DNA of 64,000 nt from Antedon mediterranea (GCF_964355755.1 NC_092671.1:38636304-38700303), one strand, 5' to 3'; shown: positions 13,201 through 25,919, counted from the first letter of the stretch. Translations and numbers: made by a program. The notes: generated from the sequence alone by a model not told the origin.

Positions 13201-16200
13201 ATTAGACATTTAGATAAGATTTTAAAGTAAATATGCAATGATATGTTGTTTCCTGTTGTTGTATTCATTAATGCGAATTGCCAAATGCATGGGGGACTTA
13301 CAATTAATTCCTTTAATCTTTGCATTATCTCCTGATATAGTGTAGTTAGTTTATACCTCCATGGTTTAAACTACACACATGATGTTAGCTATTCCAAATC
13401 CACTATAAAATACTATTTATAATGCGATGTAAATGACGAATGTAATAATATGAAATTATGGAAATTTTAATTCACGACTGCTTTGATCTCACTCTCCACT
13501 AATATACCAAAATGAACAATAATTGATCTTTTGATTAAGAAAATTTAACTAGCAGCCAACGTTTCACCAATGAAAATTACTGTCAAACCCAAGAAAATAT
13601 CATAGGTGCGCCTACTTTTTTTTATTTGTATTATTTATATGTACTACACAAATGTTATAATGTAAAAGAAAAATACTAGTGTCAAGTTTTTTTAAAAATT
13701 AACTTAGGCGCACTTTTAGTAAAAAAATGTTGTAAATGTATTTTAGAACCATAGGCATCATATTTTGAAAAAATAAAAATGTCCAAATCATCTAAAATTC
13801 TAGTAAAGTGCCCAATTTTTATACTAAAGATAAATAAATACATATAAAATCATTGTACCAAATTTGAACAAAATTGAAATTGGTTAAGTATTTTTCCGCG
13901 ATGGTTTTTTAATTATGTTTTTACAGTTTTATTTTATCCAAATAATACTAAATATCTATTACTAATAAATATCTAACTTTCCGATATATTGTATTAACAT
14001 TTTGGAATTAAATACTCTTTTATGAGTGGAACACACTTATGCTATTAAATATTAAATGTAATGTAATTATTAGTCATTAATTAGATATTATTTGACTTTT
14101 TTTCCCGTTAATTGAAACCTACGCGAAATAATATGAGAGGACGCTGTTTTACTGGTAATAGATATGGTTATTGTGTGTTCTATTCTTCCGCTCGAGTATT
14201 CTTTAACCCCACAGGCTACATCGTTTAGATAGCGAGATCATAAATATTTTTGTATTCTTATACTATAGGAAAGGTAATTCCATTTTGCTAAAGGAACCTT
14301 TAGAAATACAATAGCTTTTATTTATTTGTAGTTTATTCAACAAGAAACGAAAACTAAATATCTAAATAAATAAAGTATAGACATAATTAATTAAATTAAT
14401 AAGTACTTTTAGTACAATAAAATATATTACCAATGGGCAAAATGTGTAGCATTGATGCCATAAAAAATAAATTGACGAGTCTCGGTAAATATGTAGGCTT
14501 AGCTCGTGGTTCAGTGTAGCGGAGGAAATTCACTTTAGCTGCGTATCCTTATCACCACTCCGCGATAGAAATTGGCCTAACGGGTAGGCCTAGGACTTGT
14601 AGTGTGGGGGGCCTAGCAAGTCAAGTAGAGAGTGCCTCGGCCAACCTACGTTCCCTAGTAGGTAGAAGGTTAAGTTAGACCATGCCATTTAGGCCTACTA
14701 TAGCGGAAAAAATTTCTGGTGGTTCTACTTTTTTATTTGTATTAAATGATTTATCAAAGCCTAGGCCTATACCTACTTATACTACCTAGTAATGAACTAA
14801 GAATTACTTCGACGGGAAAATATTTATCGACGGAGCAAAAAATATCTCCATTCTTAAACAATAAGTTGACGAGTCTCAAAAAGTGTAGGCCTCTTTTGCG
14901 TGGGGAAATTTGATTGATGTTGTATTGTAGAAATTGTACTGTATAGAATAGCTAGTAGTAGGAGCTAGTTTTTTTGGAATGTGGAAGGATGTTTTCGTAT
15001 CAAATTAGATTTGGATACAAATTGTTTTTTTTCTAAAGACGTGGTTGCAATACAATCATGTAATTTTGATAATAAGAGGCCTACTAGGGTAGGCATGACA
15101 GATCTGTTTTATTCTTCTTTCTTTTATGGGAACGGGATTTTTAGGGTGTGGGGGGGGGGGGGGGGGAGGGGCTGGGGCCTAACAGGCTAGTAGTATTAGT
15201 AGGCCTAGGCCTATATTTAAATAAATTTTTGTTCGGAAATAAAATACATAGTTTATAAACACAAATTATTCTATAAAAATATAAATAGGCCTAAATATAG
15301 TAAAAAAACCTAATTTAATGTAAGTTTGTTTTTTGTAAGACGCGCGCACAGATTGAAGGAGACATTTATAAAAATAGTCATTTGTTTGCGCTTTTAATAG
15401 CGTATAATTTAAGTAATTGTTATTAAGATTGTTGTTCAAAATAACTCTTAAATTGAGGGCGCGATCGACAAACCCGTTAAATTATCCAGAGAGGGCGTAC
15501 TCCAGACTAAAAAGTGATTCCAACAGGAGGGGGAACCAACAAGATGCCGGCCGTAAATGTGTTCAAAAACATTATTTAATATAAAAAATACTAATCTAAA
15601 TAATAATCAAAACACAATATGTTACGTTAATAAATAACATAAAAACTACGTTATTATAATACGTTTTTATAACATTATTATTACATCTTAAAATAACGTT
15701 ATTTTATAGTTTGTACTTTACGTTTTTACAACGTGTTTGCCGAACGTTTGCTTTGAACGTTGTATAAATGTTATATTTGGAGTTAATCAAGACTTTAACA
15801 TGTTATGTTAATAAGTAACATAAAATATACGTTATTATAATACGTTTTTATAACATTATTATTACATCTTAAATTAACGTTATGTTATAGTTTGCATTTT
15901 ACATTTGTACAACGTATTTCACAAAGTTTGTCTTAAACGTTGTATAAGTGTTATACGTTACGTTAATAAATAACATTAAAACTAAGTTATTAAAAAACGT
16001 TTTTATAACATTATTGTTACATCTTAAATTAACGTTAGTTTATAGTTTGTTTTTTACGTTCGTATAACGTATTTCTGAACGTTTGTCTTGAACGTTGTAT
16101 AAATGTTATATTGATACGTTATCAAGTCGTAAACATGTTACGTTAATGAATAACATATAAACTACGTTATTATAATACGTTTTTATAACATTATTATTAC

Positions 16201-17327
16201 ATCTTAAGTTAACGTTAGTTTATAGTTTGTATTTTACGTTCGTATAACGTATTTCTGAATGTTTGTCTTGAACGTTGTATAAATATTATGTTGGTACGTT
16301 ATCAAGACGTAAAAATGTTACGTTAATGAATAACATATAAACTACGTTATTATAATACGTTTTTATAACATTATTATTACATCTTAAATTAACGTTAGTT
16401 TATAGTTTGTATTTTACGTTCGTATAACGTATTTCTGAACGTTTGTCTAGAACGTTGTATAAATGTTATATTGATACGTTATCAAAACGAAAAAATGTTA
16501 CGTTAATGAATAACATATAAACTACGTTATTATAATACGTTTTTATAACATTATTATTACATCTTAAATTAACGTTAGTTTATAGTTTGTATTTTACGTT
16601 CGTATAACGTATTTCTGAACGTTTGTCTTGAACGTTGTATAAATGTTATATTGGTACGTTATCAAGACGTAAACATGTTACGTTAATGAATAACATATAA
16701 ACTACGTTATTATAATACGTTTTTATAACATTATTATTACATCTTAAACTAACGTTAGTTTATAGTTTGTATTTTACGTTCGTATAACGTATTTCTGAAC
16801 GTTTGTCTTGAACGTTGTATAAATTCAGATTCAGATTCAGATAATATTTATTTAGATAATAATGAATGAATATATACAAAATAGAAAAAAGATATTAAAG
16901 TGAACATAGATAAAGCAGTAATTGGTAGTCATTATTATCATGGATCCCTTCTAGAAGTTAAAAACTTGTCTCGTAGGGACCCATAACAAAACACATTACT
17001 AAAAAAATAAAAATAACCTAGAATATATAATTATATAATTTAGGATAAAAAATTACAGTATAATAACATAACTAACATCTTCTTTATAAAAATTATTTAA
17101 ATTATATTTCAATAGTTTCATGATAATTATAAATGAAATAACTACCGATATTGGTAAATGAAAAAAAAATATGTATACATAAATTATAATTCCAGTATAT
17201 ATATAGTATATACTATATATACATTATATATAGTATAGATTAAAGATTGCAATAATAAACAACAACTAATATTTTGTGTAAGACATAAATAGTATATGAG
17301 TATAAATAATGATAATAAGCATATTAA

Positions 17328-20300
17328 CTAAGCAGTATAATATTTAGATATATAATGATTCTTTAACTTTTTTCGGAAAGTAAATAATGATATTGACGTT
17401 TTGATATTTGGTGGGATATGATTCCACAAATTAGGACCTGATATAGTTATAAAAAATTTAGTTTTTGTAAGTCTAGCAAAAGGAATGTTTAAATGAGAAG
17501 TTCTTAAATTGTAATTGTGAAATTTGGTACGTTTACAGAGCATATCAATCATAGAAATAGGAAGTTGGTTTTTAAAATAATTAAACATAAAACTGGCAAC
17601 TTGAACATTGTGGATATCCGTTAATTTTAATATACCAAGACGTTTAAAAAGGGGTTCAGATGAGGTTCTATATGGTGAAAAAGTAATAATTCTAGCTGCA
17701 CGTTTTTGTAATTTAGTTAATCTAGCAATATTAGAAGAGTAATCTGCAGCCCAAATAATGTTACAATACTGGAAATAAGGAAGTACAAGTGTGTTATAAA
17801 GAGAAATTAAAATATTTAGAGGGAAGAAGTGCTTAAGTCTGTTAATAATACTAATAGATCTTGATATTTTTTTCGAAACGTAATTTTGATGACTGGTCCA
17901 TTTGAGGTTTTCATGAATATATACACCTAAAAAAAGTGTTTCAGTTTTGCGTTCAATTTGAATTCCGCCAAGAAGTATATTTAGGTCATCAACTTTTAGT
18001 TTACGTTGAGAATTGTGAAAAATTAAATAATTTGTTTTAAGAGTATTAATAAGTAATTTGTTTGAAATAAACCAGTCACAAAATTTTGTTAATTCATCAT
18101 TGAATGTAGTAAATAATAAATCAATATTGGAATTAGAGTAAAATAAGGTGGTGTCGTCGGCGAAGGATATTACTTGCAATTTGTTACTGACATTAGCCAG
18201 ATCATTAACATAAATAAGGAAGAGCAATGGCCCAAGCACAGATCCCTGTGGCACTCCGCAAGTAATATCCATCGTCGACGATGTACAAGATCCTAATGCA
18301 ACATATTGTTTTCTATCTTTCAAATAACTATTAAACCAATTCAATGAAATACCTCTAATTCCATAGCACTCAAGTTTTTTAATTAAATTATCGTGATTAA
18401 TAACATCGAAGGCCTTTGAAAGATCAATAAATAAACTTAATAAATTTTCTTTTGATTCAAATGAATTTGTAATATTATTAATAAGATCTAAAACGGCATG
18501 GGATGTAGAGTGATTTTTTCGAAAACCATATTGGCGTTTATTAAGTATATCAAATTTTGTGAGATAATCAGAAAGTTTAGAATACATGAGTTTTTCAATA
18601 ATTTTGGAAAACACTGAAAGTAGTGATATTGGCCGGTAATTAGATAATTGACTTCGTTCACCTTTCTTGAAAATGGGCACAACTTTAGCTAGTTTTAAGT
18701 GTGTTGGAAAAGTGCCAGATAAAAAAGATGAATTTATACAATGGGTAAGTTGGTGGATGATTAAGGGAGATATAGATTTTAAGACACGAGCAGTAATACC
18801 GTCAGATCCAGACCCTTTATTAGAATTTAGATTGTATATAGTTAGGTTAACATCATCAATTGAAACTGGGCTAATATAAAATGAGTTGGCAAACGCAGAA
18901 TGAAGATAAGATAATGGATCAGTTATATTAGTTGGCATACTATTAATAAGATTAGGACCAATTGTAGAAAAATAGTTGTTAAACGATTCACATATCTCTT
19001 TTTGAGTTTTGTAAATATTATCACCGTCTTTAATTAGATTCGGGTGCTTGTTATTATTATTACCTTTATTTAAAACAGAATTTATTACAAGCCATGTGTT
19101 CTTCAGATTACCTTTATATCTATCAAACTGGGAAGTATAATAATTCTTTTTAGCAGTGCGACAAAGATTAGTGAAAATATTATTATATTTTGTATAGTTT
19201 AATTTGTCATTATTACTACGTGTGTGCATATATTTGTTATAAAGTTTATGTTTCCGAGAACTACATTTTAAGAGAGCAGATGACATCCATGGTTGTTTAA
19301 ACGTTTTATTTGATTTTATACTACTTTTAACCAAGTGTCTGGAGTGGATATTTGTAAATTTTTCAATAAATATATCAAAACTCAATCTTGGGTCACAATC
19401 AAATATCATAGACCAGTCTTCACCTTCTAAATCAATCGATAAGGCATTTAGGTCGTTTATACGAAATGAATAGTTGGCGCTATTATCATCAAGGTTTTGA
19501 TCATTAATTTCTTGATCAATGAACTGAAATATAGGAAGGTGGTCGGAGATATCATTAAGTAAAACACCAGCAACTATTTTATAGTTAGATTGTTTGGAAT
19601 AAAAATGATCAATCAAGGTGGCCGAAGTTGAGGTAATCCTAGTTGGTTTTGAAATAGTTGGAAAAAAAGAATGGGAAATTAAGGTATTTAGGTAGGTGTT
19701 TGTTAATTTATGGTTATGGAATTTTAATAAATCAATATTGAAGTCTCCCATGAGATGACAATTTTTGTTTTCATTGTTAATTTGGGTTAATACATTATCG
19801 ACGGATTTAGTAAAAGAATCTAGCCCTCCACAGGGGGCTCTGTAAATAATGCCTATAATATCATTTTTTGTCTTTGAATTTTCAATCTCAACAAAAAGTG
19901 ATTCGGAAAAGTCGTCTGGTAATTTTAAGTCATTTCGAATTGTAATGCTAATATCATTACGTATAAAAAATGCAACTCCTCCGCCAATTTGATTATTGCT
20001 TCTATTGCTTGCAAAGAAGGAGTAGTTATTAATGAAAGGAATAGGGGAGTTTTCATTAAGCCATGTTTCACTGATACCGATTATGGAAAATTTGTTATTA
20101 ATTGAATTCAAAAGGCATTCGAGATCATTAACTTTATGCGTAATACTTCTAATATTAAGATGCAGGAGAGATAGTTTAGTATTAAAGGATGTATTAAACT
20201 TAGAATTAAATTGTGAATAATCATAAAAGCTGCATTCATCTAGGGTAACTGACTGTGAATTGAGATTATTAATTAGTTGATCAAAAGATTCATCATATTT

Positions 20301-20420
20301 GTCATTTTCATTGTAATTAACTGGATTAAAGGTTATGTTAGAAATATCATTGTTGTTAGTAAGTTCAGAGTTCACATTAAAGTCATAAAAAGGAAGTAAG
20401 TGAAGATAATTAACATTCAT
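17328..20420 (-). CDS. LINE ORF2: apurinic-like endonuclease plus reverse transcriptase
   Basis: LHLNIRS, ISETWL, GDFNID, SDHLP (APE domain); YRPISLL, DLSKAFD, GVPQGSVLGP, FADDT, FLGV (RT domain). First ATG is at 20420. Confidence 0.95.
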   Translation of the reverse strand: MNVNYLHLLPFYDFNVNSELTNNNDISNITFNPVNYNENDKYDESFDQLINNLNSQSVTLDECSFYDYSQFNSKFNTSFNTKLSLLHLNIRSITHKVNDLECLLNSINNKFSIIGISETWLNENSPIPFINNYSFFASNRSNNQIGGGVAFFIRNDISITIRNDLKLPDDFSESLFVEIENSKTKNDIIGIIYRAPCGGLDSFTKSVDNVLTQINNENKNCHLMGDFNIDLLKFHNHKLTNTYLNTLISHSFFPTISKPTRITSTSATLIDHFYSKQSNYKIVAGVLLNDISDHLPIFQFIDQEINDQNLDDNSANYSFRINDLNALSIDLEGEDWSMIFDCDPRLSFDIFIEKFTNIHSRHLVKSSIKSNKTFKQPWMSSALLKCSSRKHKLYNKYMHTRSNNDKLNYTKYNNIFTNLCRTAKKNYYTSQFDRYKGNLKNTWLVINSVLNKGNNNNKHPNLIKDGDNIYKTQKEICESFNNYFSTIGPNLINSMPTNITDPLSYLHSAFANSFYISPVSIDDVNLTIYNLNSNKGSGSDGITARVLKSISPLIIHQLTHCINSSFLSGTFPTHLKLAKVVPIFKKGERSQLSNYRPISLLSVFSKIIEKLMYSKLSDYLTKFDILNKRQYGFRKNHSTSHAVLDLINNITNSFESKENLLSLFIDLSKAFDVINHDNLIKKLECYGIRGISLNWFNSYLKDRKQYVALGSCTSSTMDITCGVPQGSVLGPLLFLIYVNDLANVSNKLQVISFADDTTLFYSNSNIDLLFTTFNDELTKFCDWFISNKLLINTLKTNYLIFHNSQRKLKVDDLNILLGGIQIERKTETLFLGVYIHENLKWTSHQNYVSKKISRSISIINRLKHFFPLNILISLYNTLVLPYFQYCNIIWAADYSSNIARLTKLQKRAARIITFSPYRTSSEPLFKRLGILKLTDIHNVQVASFMFNYFKNQLPISMIDMLCKRTKFHNYNLRTSHLNIPFARLTKTKFFITISGPNLWNHIPPNIKTSISLFTFRKKLKNHYISKYYTA

Positions 20421-20610
20421 TAACAATAGCTGCGTATAGCGTTATCTAAAAAAGAAATACAGCAATAAGCATGCATGAGACTGTATACATTAATACATAA
20501 TTAATGAGAAGCAAAATAAACAATTCTTGAAATAAAAATATATTATAGGTAATATTTCGGTTGACGGTAAGTAGAGTCAAAGTAAAGTTAAATTATTGCG
20601 ACGACTAGAA

Positions 20611-21459
20611 TTACTCAGTAGCTACGGGGGCATGTGCTTCCTTGAGGTTCGGGTAGTATTTGGCAAGATGATCCATGTCGATGAATGTGCGAACATAACC
20701 ATTTGCATCTATGTAACGCAATTTGTCAAGGTGGAGCCAGGCCTTTACTTTGTTGGAATGCAGGTATTTCATCGATGAGTATAATGCCTTTCTTCTACTT
20801 ATCACTCTGCTGGTAAAATCATTATTTACGTAGATGTTATTATCTTTAAATTTAGGTCTCACTTTTGGAGCTGCCTTGCGTACTCTTTCTTTGGTGGAAT
20901 ATCTGAGAAAGTATGCAACAAGTGGTCTCGGTTTATCCCTGGTGGTATTACGTGGTCCAACTCGATGGGCTCGTTGTATATCATCATTAGCGATTTTGAT
21001 GCCGGTGGTATTGGAAATAAATGAGGAAAGGAAATTAACAGTACCTTCACTATCCTCCGCTTGTTCGGGTATGCCAGTAAACCTCAGATTGTTACGGCGT
21101 TGACGTCCTTCTAGGTTGTCGATTTTGTCGCGTATCTCTTCTATGCATTCCGTAGTGGATTGCTGCGTATCCTCGGCAATATCCTTCAGCTTAACATCCA
21201 TGAAATCAGAATTTTCCTGCATATCGGCGTGCAAATTCCTCAGTTCTTTTTGTAAACCGGTGATTTCAAGATTGAGGATGGTAATGTCTTTTTCCAAGGA
21301 GACAATCTTGGTGACTGCGTCGCATAATGTAGATTTAATATCAGCAATGGTTTTGCAGCCCATGATTGACTTGATGAGAGTCGACAGCCAGGTGTTCGGT
21401 TCAGCGGCGCTAATATTTAAATTAGAAATATTTGGCTCTTTGTTTTCCACGTTGGCCAT
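20611..21459 (-). CDS. LINE ORF1: coiled coil plus L1-type RRM
   Basis: Heptad-rich N-terminus, then LEGRQRRNNLRFTGIPE ... IQRAHRVG ... RPLVAYF ... IYVNNDFT. Confidence 0.9.
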   Translation of the reverse strand: MANVENKEPNISNLNISAAEPNTWLSTLIKSIMGCKTIADIKSTLCDAVTKIVSLEKDITILNLEITGLQKELRNLHADMQENSDFMDVKLKDIAEDTQQSTTECIEEIRDKIDNLEGRQRRNNLRFTGIPEQAEDSEGTVNFLSSFISNTTGIKIANDDIQRAHRVGPRNTTRDKPRPLVAYFLRYSTKERVRKAAPKVRPKFKDNNIYVNNDFTSRVISRRKALYSSMKYLHSNKVKAWLHLDKLRYIDANGYVRTFIDMDHLAKYYPNLKEAHAPVATE

Positions 21460-22376
21460 TGTAGATGTTTAGTTAGAATAAATAACAAAAGTGTACCTAT
21501 ATTTAATGCAACCGATACGTTCACTATCCAGGTAGGTATACAGGTCTCATGCAGTTAGTAGCTTATCCTTGCAACATGCTATCACAGGTAAGCGAGTACT
21601 GTGTTATATTGGTACGTTATCAAGACGTAAAAATGTTACGTTAATGAATAACATATAAACTACGTTATTATAATACGTTTTTATAACTTTATTATTACAT
21701 CTTAAATTAACGTTAGTTTATAGTTTGTATTTTACGTTCGTATAACGTATTTCTGAACGTTTGTCTAGAACGTTGTATAAATGTTATATTGATACGTTAT
21801 CAAGACGTAAAAATGTTACGTTAATGAATAACATATAAACTACGTTATTATAATACGTTTTTATAACATTATTATTACATCTTAAATTAACGTTAGTTTA
21901 TAGTTTGTATTTTACGTTCGTATAACGTATTTCTGAACGTTTCTCTTGAACGTTGTTTAAATGTTATATTGGTACGTTATCAAGACGTAAAAATGTTACG
22001 TTAATGAATAACATAAAAACTACGTTATTATAATACGTTTTTATAACATTATTATTACATCTTAAGTTAACGTTATTTTATAGTTTGTATTTTACGTTTT
22101 TATAACGTATTTTTCAAACGTTAGGTCTGAACGTAATATAATTGTCACATGTAAACGTTATTAAAACGTGAATATGTTACGTTACTATACAACAATAATC
22201 AAACGTTTCTCAATTACGTAAATAAAACGTTGTGAAAACGTTTTTGTAATAACGTAATTTTATTCACATTATGTAACGTTTTAATGACGTTGTGACAATG
22301 TACTTTTGTAACGTTATTATCGAAAACCAAACTATAACGTTCGCGAATGTTGTCATAACGTTATGTGTTTGCTGGG

Positions 22377-22750
22377 TGATTGGTTCAATGTTTAACATGT
22401 TTATTATGATGTCGGTGATTGCGCTGCAAGGTGGTAATTATAATGTGTCTGGTTCTTACAAAAGGCGCGATCCTCGTACAAAACCTAGCTCTGTCTACAC
22501 TTTTGACAATAAAAGTTAGTGTGATGTGCCCAATTATGGTAGTGATATGCCCCAATATGGTACTGATTGGTTCAATGTTTAACATGTTTATTATGATGTT
22601 GGTGACTGCGCTGCAAGCTAGGTGGTAATTATAATGTCTCTGGTTTTTACGAAAGGCGCGACCCTGCGTACAAAACCTTCTAGCTCTGTCTACGCTATCC
22701 AAACTTAATTATTTGAAAACAAAAGTGTGATATGTGCCCATGGTAGTGAT
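22377..22750. repeat. ~187-bp tandem duplication, each unit containing part of a MITE
   Basis: tgattggttcaatgtttaacatgtttattatgatg at 22377 and 22564. Confidence 0.85.
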
Positions 22751-22921
22751 ATGCCTAAATATAGTAGTGATCATGTCCATTAATGGGCACATTTTTTTGT
22801 CACACAAAGTTTGATTGTGTAGAGGGGTTTGCTCATCAAATCGGATAAAGTCAAAAGTATCATTTACTACTATTGTCATTTTCATGTTTGATTTGCATAT
22901 TTTCTATTTCTTTCTACCCAG

Positions 22922-24708
22922 AGACCAGAAGGGTTTGATTCACAATGGAGGTGTTTCAAACTTCTAATGTTCAACCATTTTGTCATTCAAGCACCCCTCA
23001 TTTTTGCTATTCATATATACACCATGGTGTTTGACATCGGATACGATTACCAGTCAATGCCAACATGGTATAGTTATTATATAATTTTTCTATTTTTTAT
23101 TTTTATTTTTTCCAATCAGCATATAAAATAGTTAAATACTTTATTATGCCGCATGTGCATGTAAAATAAACAATTAAATAAAGAGTTATGATCCTTCAAA
23201 ACTGCTTTAAAAGATATATGTCCCACAATAAAATCAAAATCATTTCACTTATATAAAGACAAAAGGAACGGTTAAAAAAACGTTCTCTGACAGATAATTT
23301 AAATATTTTTTGTCTTAAATTACATTTTATTCAGGCATTTATTTTTTTTTCTCTAGTTTTTGGTCAAAGTGAATAACTATTAGGTGACATTAAAATGGCA
23401 TATTAAAAAAAAATTGTAAAAAAAAAAATTTTTAGGGGGACAATATATCTTTAAGTGTTATTGTTTTTAAATAATTTCTCTCAAACGTCAGAATAACTTT
23501 CGTGGAACTTTTGCCTCAAGCATTCTTATGTATAGTTTAACAATCAATAGACGAAAGTTCTTTTATTATGCTTTATGAGGGACGGAACAAAATTATTTCA
23601 ACTTCCGTTCGGCCTATAATTAATTCTCTTTTTAGGTACTCTCTGCTTCTCCAGTTGTATGCATGTCTGATCCTGGAAGATACTTGGCATTACTTCTTAC
23701 ATCGTGCGCTCCATCACAAATCCGTTTACAAACACGTACACAAAGTTCATCACAATTTCCAGGTAAGTTTTATGATTCAAAGACTAATTTCAACAAAAGA
23801 AAGAGGCTATCATTGGGCTAACGCAGTAGGTCTACAGTTGATACGTGACTGAAAACTTTGTCCGTAACACAATGAAGATATACCATTACACCAATTAATG
23901 TTTTCTGTAATTGTTTATTTTGTAGGCTCCGTTTGGAATGGTTGCTGAATATGCCCATCCTGTTGAGACTGTAGGTAGGTATTGAAATCAGAGCAGCGTG
24001 AGGGAAAGACATTTAAGTCATGTCTTTTTTATTCTCAGCATCATGTATTATGGGGATTTGTTTGATATTTATATTATTATTATGTATAGTTTTTTATTTG
24101 TTTTATAAATTTTAACTTGTACTCTATACAAACAATTAATGTGTTTCTCTCTGTAAATTTTAAGCTGGGACTCCTGGCTTGTGAGGCCTAGAGCTTCATT
24201 GTCTTTGTAGTAGACCCAGACGTTTTTTGTCGAAATAAAAGAGAGAGAAAGAGGTATGTGTCCCCGTTGTGCCTTGTGAATGAATTGATATAAGAAATTT
24301 GATATTTTTTCCCTTTAAAGTTCTTGGATTTGGCTTTTTCATCGGACCGCTACTGTTCTGTACTCATCTCATCTTACTCTGGACGTGGGTCGGAGTTCGT
24401 CTATTGGAAACCATCGACGTTCACAGTGGCTATAACTTTAAATGGAACCCTCTTCATTTGTTGCCATTTTATGGAGGTACTTCAAAATATAAAAAAAATG
24501 TTCATTTTTTTTCAGCCAACGAATTGTTATCTACTGTATTTAACCATGATTTGTTTGTTGTCCAATAGGAGCCGAGTATCATGATTTCCATCACATGAAT
24601 TTCCATGGTAACTACGCACCGACGTTTACCTGGTGGGACAGGATTTGTGGTACGCATGTGCCGTACCAGGAGCACAAGAAGAACAAATTAGCCAATAAAC
24701 AGAATTAG
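22922..24708 (+). CDS. MSMO1: Methylsterol monooxygenase 1 (C-4 methylsterol oxidase), 3' part. Exons 22922-23067, 23636-23762, 23926-23974, 24321-24476, 24569-24708
   Basis: [80 protein letters not shown]. All introns are GT-AG with consistent phase. The first coding exon was not found in the window. Confidence 0.93.
23212..23450. mobile_element. Kolobok-like MITE (TTAA flanks, AG...CT termini); related copies at ~26176-26507 and ~43660-43899
   Basis: ttaa-(a)agatatatgtccc ... ggggacaatatatct-ttaa. Copies share the internal tttacctg..aaaaatgtaa sequence. Confidence 0.6.
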
Positions 24709-25772
24709 TGCATTTTATAATTTAGTGCAATTTAAACTACAGGTTATGTTATGCAAGCCAATAAACCACTGCTAAGTGTTATGTATAACAGTTTGGGATC
24801 ACTTTAATAATCAATTTCAAAACCAGTGCAATGTTATTAGTAATTGATTTAAGATCCAATCAGTGCAAAGTACTTAGTAATCGATTTAAGGGCCAATCAG
24901 TGCAAAGTACGTTTGTTGAAATAAGTTCACTGAACTGAACTGAAACTATGTTAATAATTAACAATAAATAGGAGAGAACTTGCACGTTTAACGTTTACTA
25001 GAGACAATTAAATTAAGTCAATCAAGATAATTTATGCTGGGATACCATTATTATCGGTGATATTATGCTTTAACAAGTTGTATTGTATTTTATAATGAAA
25101 CAAGATTGAATATGTTGATTAAATGTGAGAAATGCAGTAGCGATTTTGACGATCCTTTTTCTATAAACAATATATGGACTCGTGGAACAATCACATAACA
25201 TATAAACATTATTATACATCATTTTGGAGTATATTTATTTCTAAATATCCAATAGGTTCAGTAAAAATACATTTTAGGATGATAACCTAATATTTGGTGT
25301 ACAAGGTTCCAAAGCTTCTAATATTCTAAAAACTCCGTCTACATTATTAAATAAAAAAAGTGTGATGTGCCCAAATATGGTAGTGATATGACATCATGAT
25401 GTCCATATATGGGCATATTACATAAAGTTTGATAGTGTAGACAGAGCTTTATAGCATTCCATAAGCCCTATATAATGGGCATATAGTTTAACAATTTATT
25501 ACACATAAATATGTAATATTAATACTACTTCTTACTACTAACATAATTTGCACCAGCCATCCAAACAAACAGTATTTTGTTACCAACAAATAAAAACAGA
25601 CGTCATCTTCAATAAATTCATTGAAACGGTGTTTCAAAAAAATAATTTTCCCCATAATAATAGTTACCCATGATAACATAAATATTCAATTTCTTAATAA
25701 TTTTAATAAACAATTACAGTATAACAATATAAATATATATTATATTAACCTTCTATCACATTTGTACCCTTA

Positions 25773-25919
25773 AGCTCTGTCTACACTATCAAACTTTAAG
25801 TAATGTGCCCATATATGGACATCATGATGTCCTATCACTTCCGTGTTTGGGCATATAACTACCATATTTGGGCACATCACACTTTTTTGTCAAACTAGTT
25901 TGATAGTGTAGACAGAGCT
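25773..25919. mobile_element. PIF/Harbinger-type MITE, representative of ~20 copies (8811, 22488, 22682, 25338, 25773, 29151, 29711, 41071, 45960, 46409, 47315, 47472, 50279, 51437, 51985, 52633, 54001, 54330, 56509, 61350)
   Basis: TIR agctctgtctacactatcaaac and TTA TSD in this copy. Internal tgcccaaatatggtagtgata subrepeats. Confidence 0.85.

Larger units (their letters stand above)
16825..21601 (-). mobile_element. Full-length two-ORF LINE (CR1/L2 group, Crack-like), ~4.8 kb
   Basis: Intact ORF1 and ORF2. 3' stem-loop gggtccct...agggatcc at 16941-16982, then AATAAA and a (TGAATC)n tail. The satellite resumes in register on both sides, with no TSD. Confidence 0.93.
15619..22190. repeat. 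180-bp tandem satellite (~10-11 units), split by a LINE at 16824/21602
   Basis: atgttacgttaatgaataac at 16135, 16315, 16495, 16675, 21633, 21813 and 21993. Confidence 0.95.
1..22376. mobile_element. Putative giant (>22 kb) CMC/EnSpm(CACTA)-like DNA transposon; right terminus at 22376, left terminus presumed upstream of the window
   Basis: Ends in ...aacgttatgtgtttgctggg (reverse complement CCCAGCAAACACA), preceded by AACGT-rich subterminal repeats. The same AACGT-pair motif style fills positions 1-270. No host exons lie in between. The left TIR and TSD are not visible. Confidence 0.5.

Noticed and set aside
13580-15560. Possible further DNA transposon between the array and the satellite
   Set aside because: The ends (tactgtcaaaccc... 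and ...gatgccggccgta) are not inverted repeats of each other and no TSD was found; left unannotated.
18488-21472. Small ORFs overlapping the LINE
   Set aside because: Antisense or off-frame shadows of ORF1 and ORF2.
22292-22702. ORFs of 69-105 aa, and similar ORFs at 29709, 41088, 52641 and the tail of 61221
   Set aside because: Translations of MITE or duplicated sequence (CPNMVV/YHYHIWA motifs), not genes.
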